Shown here piece by piece: positions 20,328 through 25,728 of a stretch of DNA of 25,728 nt. Every line of letters starts with the position of its first letter. Within the stretch, counting starts at the first letter, position 1. A program made the position numbers and the translations under genes. The DNA is from an uncultured virus (IMG/VR IMGVR_UViG_3300029305_005254) (taxonomy: Duplodnaviria; Heunggongvirae; Uroviricota; Caudoviricetes), in the IMG/VR virus record IMGVR_UViG_3300029305_005254; one strand, given 5' to 3'. The notes beneath the pieces were generated by a model, which had not been told where the DNA came from, ran no database searches, and was given only the letters and a program-made list of their open reading frames with translations.

Positions 20328-21495
20328 TCACCTCCAATAATGTACCACAATTCTCACACTCTACAAAGAACTTACCCTCTTTCTTTGCTTCCTCAACAAA
20401 GTGTTCCTTTTCAGTTAATAAAGATTTCTCTTCATTCTCAATGGCTAAAAGCTTTTCGCTTGTACCCAATAGTTCTTTTAACTCAGAAACAATCTTCTTA
20501 AGCTTTAACTCTTTGTCTAAACCTTCAATTTTCAATACTTCAGGAATATCTACAAAAGACTCAGACAGCTGAGCTGAAATATTACCTAAATTATTAAGAC
20601 TTCTTAATCTTTCTACAGATATTCTAGAAACCTCTGGAATATCCTTTAACTCCAATAGATTAACTATGTTGGAGTATATAGTAGAAATCTTAATTTGCTT
20701 AGTAACATTTAACTTTTCTACTTCTGGAATATCTCTTAACTTGGATAAAGACTCTAATGTAGCACAAATACTATTTAGAAGTCTTTCTCTGTACATAAGT
20801 ACACTCATCTCATCTTCCTTCTCAGATAAAGCAAGTATAAGACCTTCAGTAATACCTTGACAAGAATGTAACTGGAGTTCCTTTCTTTGTAATTCTGATT
20901 CTATCATTGCTATTTCTGAATTTAAGGAATTAACATCGGCATTCAACATAGCATTAGCTCTTGAAATTTCTTCTGTCTTAAGAACTTCGTTAAGAGTCGT
21001 ATAATTCTCTGCACCCTTTGTATCTATCAACCATAAGGGGTCTTTACAAGTCTGATAGTTAAGATACCCTATATCTGTTTCTACTAATTCTAAATAAGAC
21101 TTAATAGGACTAGGTACACCTGATATCTTTGCTAACATATTACCTTGTTTAGTTGTAAACACACATTCAGTCTCTTTATACATCTCATACAAAGACTGCC
21201 CATTTACATACTTATCTCTAACTATAGAAATACCATCGTCAAAGGTAACAATTACTCTGAAATAGTCTTCTCCATGACGAATAAACTTATTCTGCTTAGC
21301 AACATACATATTCATTAAGCAGACTGCAAGAGCAACTTCAAAAGCTGATTTACCTGAGCTGTTATAACCTTTAATATTGATTATACCTTTCTCATCAAAG
21401 TAAGCTTTGGCGTGTTTAAAAGCCATAAAGTTATATACTTCTACAGAAGTTATCTTACTAAACTTTTCAGTTCCCACAAAGTATCCTCCTTCCAT
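20311..21495 (-). CDS. SbcC/Rad50 ABC-ATPase, N-terminal half ending in a CxxC zinc hook
   Basis: VEVYNFMAF, Walker A GYNSSGKS, Q-loop-like YLNYQ, coiled coil, C-terminal CENCG; GTG at 21477 with AAGGAGG may be the true start. Confidence 0.82.
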   Translation of the reverse strand: MEGGYFVGTEKFSKITSVEVYNFMAFKHAKAYFDEKGIINIKGYNSSGKSAFEVALAVCLMNMYVAKQNKFIRHGEDYFRVIVTFDDGISIVRDKYVNGQSLYEMYKETECVFTTKQGNMLAKISGVPSPIKSYLELVETDIGYLNYQTCKDPLWLIDTKGAENYTTLNEVLKTEEISRANAMLNADVNSLNSEIAMIESELQRKELQLHSCQGITEGLILALSEKEDEMSVLMYRERLLNSICATLESLSKLRDIPEVEKLNVTKQIKISTIYSNIVNLLELKDIPEVSRISVERLRSLNNLGNISAQLSESFVDIPEVLKIEGLDKELKLKKIVSELKELLGTSEKLLAIENEEKSLLTEKEHFVEEAKKEGKFFVECENCGTLLEVSAVGV

Positions 21496-21508
21496 AAATA
21501 CTAATTAT

Positions 21509-21517
21509 ATTATAACA
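21509..21517 (-). promoter_or_regulatory. extended -10 promoter TGTTATAAT
   Basis: Consensus TGnTATAAT immediately upstream of the sbcC-N gene. Confidence 0.6.
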
Positions 21518-21527
21518 TATTTATACT

Positions 21528-21561
21528 AAAAAGAAAAGGGTATGGCATCAAACCATACCCT
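21528..21561 (-). terminator. intrinsic terminator
   Basis: AGGGTATGG / CCATACCCT stem followed by TTTCTTTTT on the minus strand, after the SSB gene. Confidence 0.78.
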
Positions 21562-21583
21562 AAGTTCTATAGCTGCTTATATA

Positions 21584-22648
21584 CTACTGAACCTCAAGTC
21601 CCTCAGCATCAAAGTCCTCATCTGTATCATCCATTGCTACAGCTGTCTCACTTGCTGGAGTAGTCTTCTTCTCAAGGTTAAACTCAGATGCTGCTTCGAT
21701 ACCTTCTACCTCTGCCTCTCCCTTTGCTTCATAAAGAGCAATAAGGTTACGAGTATTCTCAAGGCATTCCTCAGTAACTGCCTCAAGGTCTGCATAAGCA
21801 TAAAGGTTATTTCTGATAACCATATCTCTTGCAACCTCTGGAGTCCAGCTCTCAGTCTGCTTATCTAACACTTCTCTGAGCTTCTCAGAATTCTTGATCT
21901 TCTTGCTATAAACCTGCAACTCTCTTGCTGAATCTCTTGCATTTGGCTCACCACGCTTTGGAGTGTAAGTGTAGTCAAGTGTAAGGAATAATCCACCTGG
22001 ATGAGTTGGCTCATCTTCCATATTCTCAAGAGCCTTTGCCCACTTCTTCTCCCAACCTCTCTCTGAGATTGAATACCACATAATCTTGTAAGAGATGTTA
22101 CCTGTAGCCTCATCTGTTACAAAAGTCTTAGCATCGTCATTAACAGTATCAAATACTACAATAGGGAATGTGTAGTATCTCTCAGCATCGCCGAGTACTC
22201 TTGCTGAGTAAGCTGCTGACTTGATAGCCTTTACATCATCATTATCAGTATCCTCTGGATTTAAGCCTCTTGCCTTACACTTATCCTGAATAACAAGGTT
22301 AGCAAGTGTCCAAGGATCTGATGCACCATCACACAGTGGGCAAGTACCGTCATAACCATGTGCCTCTGAGTGCAAACCTGAGATACATCTGTAATACTCA
22401 AATCTGTTCTTGTTCTGAACAATATGGATGAATGGAGTATCCATTCTGAGGATATCCTTACCCTCCTTGTCCTGAACGATGTGGTTAGGTACATAGATAA
22501 GTACCTTCTTGTTTACTGGTGTCTTGAAAACTGGATAATTCTCTGGGTCTCTTGATAATGGTGCTGTACGCTCGATTACCTGTACCCCTAACTGAGAATT
22601 AAGATTGGTATCTTCTACAGATACCTTGATAGGTGTTAACTTCTTCAT
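21584..22648 (-). CDS. T4 gp32-like single-stranded DNA-binding protein
   Basis: H...C...CPLC putative Zn site (FIHIV..YYRCISG..GTCPLCD), aromatic-rich core, acidic C-terminal tail (DDTDEDFDAEGLEVQ); replication context. Confidence 0.68.
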   Translation of the reverse strand: MKKLTPIKVSVEDTNLNSQLGVQVIERTAPLSRDPENYPVFKTPVNKKVLIYVPNHIVQDKEGKDILRMDTPFIHIVQNKNRFEYYRCISGLHSEAHGYDGTCPLCDGASDPWTLANLVIQDKCKARGLNPEDTDNDDVKAIKSAAYSARVLGDAERYYTFPIVVFDTVNDDAKTFVTDEATGNISYKIMWYSISERGWEKKWAKALENMEDEPTHPGGLFLTLDYTYTPKRGEPNARDSARELQVYSKKIKNSEKLREVLDKQTESWTPEVARDMVIRNNLYAYADLEAVTEECLENTRNLIALYEAKGEAEVEGIEAASEFNLEKKTTPASETAVAMDDTDEDFDAEGLEVQ

Positions 22649-22700
22649 GTTTTTAGCTCCTTTCGTGCTCTTCGTGTTTTTCGTGTTTTTTCATGTTTTT
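22644..22700 (-). repeat. short A-rich repeats (AAACACGAA/AAACATGA) around the SSB translation start
   Basis: Plus strand TTCATGTTTTT 22644, TTCGTGCTC 22662, TTCGTGTTT 22671 and 22680, TCATGTTTTT 22691. Confidence 0.6.
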
Positions 22701-23023
22701 ACACCTTGTATTTAATGCACTAATGTGCTTAATACCTTGGGTCAGGGTATCCACCACATAAAGTAAATGAATACCCCCTAAGGAGTCCATCAAATGCCGA
22801 TGGCTGAATAAATAGGCGTTACCTTAGCCTTATGTATATAATCACCAATAAGGTGTTAATACCTCAGGTGGCTTTTACACCACCCTTTAAGGATTGTTCT
22901 TACGAACAGATGTTATATAGCAATAGAGATATTCTCTAAAACTAACAAGGGGTGGTGGGTGAGTTGCTTACACCAATTAGGTCTCACCCACCTTATTTCA
23001 TAGTAATTACTTACTATACTATA

Positions 23024-23052
23024 AGTATAACATACTTATAAAACTATAACAA
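23024..23052 (-). promoter_or_regulatory. sigma-A-like promoter TTGTTA-17-TATACT with extended TG
   Basis: -35 at 23052-23047, -10 at 23029-23024, about 375 nt upstream of the SSB start. Confidence 0.55.
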
Positions 23053-23071
23053 CTCAATCTTAGTTTTCCAA

Positions 23072-23097
23072 GGCAACCTTCATGGCTAAAGGTTGCC
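23072..23097. other. stem-loop, possible terminator of the upstream operon
   Basis: GGCAACCTT / AAGGTTGCC inverted repeat; weak U-tract. Confidence 0.45.
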
Positions 23098-23191
23098 CTT
23101 TAGGGAAGCTATATAGAAATACCCTTTACAAACTTATATAGAAACTTCGGAGGTAACTTATAATATTAAGGGTATTACTAACAAAAATTAT

Positions 23192-23455
23192 CTACCAAAT
23201 CTCTATTTCTTCTGTCTCAAGACTAGATAATCTCTTTATCTCCTTCTCTTCCTTAGCATACATCACTGAATATCTTACCCATTGTAATATATTTACTATA
23301 GGAATAAAAGCAGATACACAAATATCATAATATTTTCTTCTAATACTGAATAGTACCAATAAGCTTATTGCTACATATAATCCACATATTATTAAACAAG
23401 ATAATACCATTCCTAACTGCCAATTATCTTGCCAATATAACATAAAACTACTCAT
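23192..23455 (-). CDS. small membrane protein
   Basis: 87 aa, hydrophobic segments (LGMVLSCLIICGLYVAISLLVLFSI; ICVSAFIPIVNIL). Confidence 0.72.
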   Translation of the reverse strand: MSSFMLYWQDNWQLGMVLSCLIICGLYVAISLLVLFSIRRKYYDICVSAFIPIVNILQWVRYSVMYAKEEKEIKRLSSLETEEIEIW

Positions 23456-23457
23456 CT

Positions 23458-24039
23458 CTAAACACCTCTGTTACCAATGTTTTTGGCACTTTCTATGCTT
23501 TTTAAATAATCTACATACATTTGTAAATTATTAACATTCCAATCTAATGGAAGAATCTTGTCTCCATCACAAACAGTAGCTGCATCACCTGCACAAGCAT
23601 TTGTTGCATTTAACTGATTGTTAGTTAACACAAGTATATCATCTTCTCCTGTATTAACTACAAACCCTGATTCCAACTTTACCATATCATTAATATCCCA
23701 ATAGATATCTCCCACTGCTACTGGAAAACTCTCTAATGAATAATTGATAAGGTTATCTGCTTGTAATAAAATTTCTCTTTCATTTTCAAAAGGCTTTGCA
23801 CCTTTACTATAATAAATGTTATCGTCATCAAAGCTGATGTCCATATCCAAATGCTTCCAATTACCTCTCTCATCACTTGCTAAAAAGAGTATATTGGCTA
23901 CATCTTCATCTACTAATCTTAATCTGCATCTAAACAGTGCGTACTGAGTTGTAGAATCTTGTAAGGCTTTAGATAGATTTCTAAAAGCATCGTTAAACTT
24001 CTTGATAACACCTTCTTTTAAAATTGAAATATCTCCCAT
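23458..24039 (-). CDS. hypothetical protein
   Basis: 193-aa ORF with AGGAGG RBS. Confidence 0.78.
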   Translation of the reverse strand: MGDISILKEGVIKKFNDAFRNLSKALQDSTTQYALFRCRLRLVDEDVANILFLASDERGNWKHLDMDISFDDDNIYYSKGAKPFENEREILLQADNLINYSLESFPVAVGDIYWDINDMVKLESGFVVNTGEDDILVLTNNQLNATNACAGDAATVCDGDKILPLDWNVNNLQMYVDYLKSIESAKNIGNRGV

Positions 24040-24053
24040 ACTTTTTCCTCCTG

Positions 24054-24386
24054 TTAAATAGAGCCTAAATAGTGAAATCTTATAAGTTTAAGGAAACAAA
24101 AAGATATTACACCTATACAAGCTAATATAATTAATCTTATAATTGGCTTCTTAACATTCTGGCATACACATTTATCTGCATAAAAACCTAATATTAAACC
24201 TATTAGGAAATAGTCTTTTATAGGTAGTATAACAGTTGTTAAAAATGCAACCAAGAAAAGCTTCCAATCACCAATCATAATATAATATATAAATGTCCCA
24301 AAAAACGCTCCAAGACTATAATTAAATACTTCTCCTTCTTCCTCTACTACTTCTAATTCTTTTTTGGATTTAGTATCTTTTTTCAT
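24054..24386 (-). CDS. small multi-pass membrane protein
   Basis: 110 aa with 3-4 hydrophobic stretches; ATGA overlap with the primase stop. Confidence 0.72.
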   Translation of the reverse strand: MKKDTKSKKELEVVEEEGEVFNYSLGAFFGTFIYYIMIGDWKLFLVAFLTTVILPIKDYFLIGLILGFYADKCVCQNVKKPIIRLIILACIGVISFCFLKLIRFHYLGSI

Positions 24387-25144
24387 ATTCTTCTAGTAAC
24401 CACCCTTCTATCATCTTTAAAAATACTTAATAACATCTCTTTTACATCCTCGGCTTCATACCCGTTGCATAGAGTGTCAATATCTTTACTGTTATCTCCT
24501 GTCCACCTAAAGTACTTACTATTGCTAGGCAACATCCAAGAATCTTTAGATATAACCCCTCTACCTTCAAAATCATTATCTGGTATTCCAACCAATTGAG
24601 AAAATAATGAATATAATACTGATTTATACCTTGAGGATGTTATCCCCATTTGAGCAACACAAGGTATTCCTAAAGACCTTACTGAAAGACAATCAAAAAT
24701 ACCTTCAACTAGTATGTATTTCTTTCCTATACCTGTTTTAGACAACTGTTCCATTCCATAGAATAAACAAGCCTTGCTAAACATTTTACTAGGGGTTGTT
24801 ACATATTTCTTTTCATCTGGAAACCAACCTATTAAGGCTACCGTATTTCCTAACATATCTCTTACTGGAAATATAAATCTCCCATCTAATAAGAAGTTAC
24901 CTTTATCTGAAAATAAAGCTAAATCAGAACCTGCTGACTTTAATTTACTAAAATCACAGTCCCCTTCTTTTATATACATAAAACCTGCTTGTTTAAGAAT
25001 ATCTACCATTCTTTCTGGATAATACCCTCTTAGGGTACATATTTCTCTAGCAACTAAATCAGCTGGTGCACTATGTAATTTTAAATAGTTTTCTACCTTT
25101 GCAAACCTTTTGCAATAGTCTTTATATTCCTGTTCATTTAACAT
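24383..25144 (-). CDS. DnaG-like primase catalytic core (Toprim)
   Basis: RFIFPVRDMLGNTVALIG, KYVTTP, LFYG, LVEGIFD, DNDFEG and KDID match DnaG RNA-polymerase/Toprim motifs. Confidence 0.85.
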   Translation of the reverse strand: MLNEQEYKDYCKRFAKVENYLKLHSAPADLVAREICTLRGYYPERMVDILKQAGFMYIKEGDCDFSKLKSAGSDLALFSDKGNFLLDGRFIFPVRDMLGNTVALIGWFPDEKKYVTTPSKMFSKACLFYGMEQLSKTGIGKKYILVEGIFDCLSVRSLGIPCVAQMGITSSRYKSVLYSLFSQLVGIPDNDFEGRGVISKDSWMLPSNSKYFRWTGDNSKDIDTLCNGYEAEDVKEMLLSIFKDDRRVVTRRI

Positions 25145-25175
25145 AAAAACCTCTTTATTATTTCACTCTATTTAA

Positions 25176-25602
25176 TGATACATTAACTCTTAGTGAATTA
25201 CTTCTTTACACTGATACATTCATCTAATTATGCGAAATACTCTCCTCTATTGATGATGCATTTCTTCCATCTGAAAACTTAATTTTTTGTGATACACTAC
25301 GGCATATTGATATACTCGGCATTTAAGGTACACTAAATCTTCGAGAATTACTTTTATGACCTGATACATTCTGCTTTTCTGATATATTAATTTGATACAC
25401 TCTGTATTATTGAAATACTCACTGATATCGATACACTGCAATCATTTGAAATACTTACCACCTATGGTACACTTGTATTATTTGACATACTATCTTTTTT
25501 TTTCGATACACTTAACACAAATGAAATACTTTTATCCGATGGTACATTCTCTTTCTATGATATAATAATTCTGACCAATACACTTGTTTTCCTTGAAATA
25601 TA
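25176..25602 (-). ncRNA. TIGR-like dual-repeat guide-RNA array (about 12 units of 36 nt)
   Basis: 24 nine-nt repeats alternating TGATACACT-type and TGAAATACT-type (plus strand), starting at 25176, 25194, 25212, 25233, 25254, 25272, 25290, 25308, 25326, 25344, 25362, 25380, 25393, 25411, 25429, 25447, 25465, 25483, 25504, 25522, 25540, 25558, 25576, 25594; spacers variable, mostly 9 nt; strand inferred from flanking genes. Confidence 0.85.
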
Positions 25603-25619
25603 TTTTTTTTTTATTTTAA

Positions 25620-25653
25620 TGTAGTGTTGCTAGAAATTTCTAGCAACATTACA
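25620..25653. other. 34-bp near-perfect palindrome between the putative tas gene and the array
   Basis: TGTAGTGTTGCTAGAAA|TTTCTAGCAACATTACA, one mismatch; overlaps the stop codon at 25630-25632. Confidence 0.75.
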
Positions 25654-25728
25654 CTGATACTGGTTGTATTTATGAGGTTTTTGACCTAGCTTAGCAACCT
25701 CATAAGGTTCGTCAACCTCTAAACCTTC
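25630..25728 (-). CDS. 3' end of a putative Nop-domain TIGR-associated (Tas) protein (5' part outside the window)
   Basis: Hand translation EGLEVDEPYEVAKLGQKPHKYNQYQCNVARNF*; EGL.V..PY..AKLG..H resembles phage Nop-domain Tas C-termini as recalled; directly upstream of the array. Confidence 0.62.
   Translation of the reverse strand, partial: EGLEVDEPYEVAKLGQKPHKYNQYQCNVARNF

Noticed and set aside
16648..21495. Pseudogene or frameshift explanation for the split SbcC
   Set aside because: The halves are about 3 kb apart with three intact genes between them, and each has its own RBS.
21865..22494. Two alternative-frame minus-strand ORFs inside the SSB gene
   Set aside because: Fully nested out of frame in a well-supported gene; no independent evidence.
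1313..25022. All plus-strand ORFs in the track (1313, 1583, 5420, 5699, 10925, 11770, 13222, 15272, 17760, 19136, 19835, 20666, 21542, 24774)
   Set aside because: Short antisense shadows of longer minus-strand genes, with S/L/F-rich composition and no recognisable motifs.
25247..25441. 64-aa minus-strand ORF across the array
   Set aside because: No clear RBS and it covers only part of the array. The 18-nt periodicity continues on both sides and is broken by a 13-nt interval, so the pattern is not explained by coding.
25176..25602. CRISPR array or simple minisatellite interpretation
   Set aside because: Repeats and spacers of about 9 nt are far below CRISPR sizes, two repeat types alternate, no cas genes are visible, and the spacers are unique rather than tandem copies.
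1..25728. Stop-codon reassignment, as seen in some large gut phages
   Set aside because: Standard-code ORFs already tile the minus strand densely, and TAA, TAG and TGA all end genes right before the next start.

Overview
AT-rich window whose credible genes all lie on the minus strand, with GGAGG-type RBSs, sigma-A-like extended -10 promoters and intrinsic terminators. It looks like the DNA replication/recombination region of a large phage or phage-like element of a low-GC Gram-positive host (inference). Recognisable genes: a RecJ-like DHH exonuclease (cut by the left edge), a UvrD/PcrA helicase, a stand-alone J-domain protein, a 1203-aa P-loop ATPase, a Rad50/SbcC split into two genes around Mre11/SbcD, a coiled-coil protein and a beta-clamp-like gene, a T4 gp32-like SSB, and a DnaG-like Toprim primase lacking a zinc-binding domain. 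The most striking feature is at the right edge (25176-25602): a non-coding array of 24 nine-nt repeats of two alternating types (TGATACACT / TGAAATACT) separated by mostly 9-nt variable spacers, giving a 36-nt unit. It lies just downstream of the truncated 3' end of a gene ending EGLEVDEPYEVAKLGQKPH..., which resembles Nop-domain Tas protein C-termini. This matches the architecture of a TIGR-Tas RNA-guided system. Also notable are an iteron-like AT-rich region (7833-8626) and a long structured leader upstream of the SSB gene.
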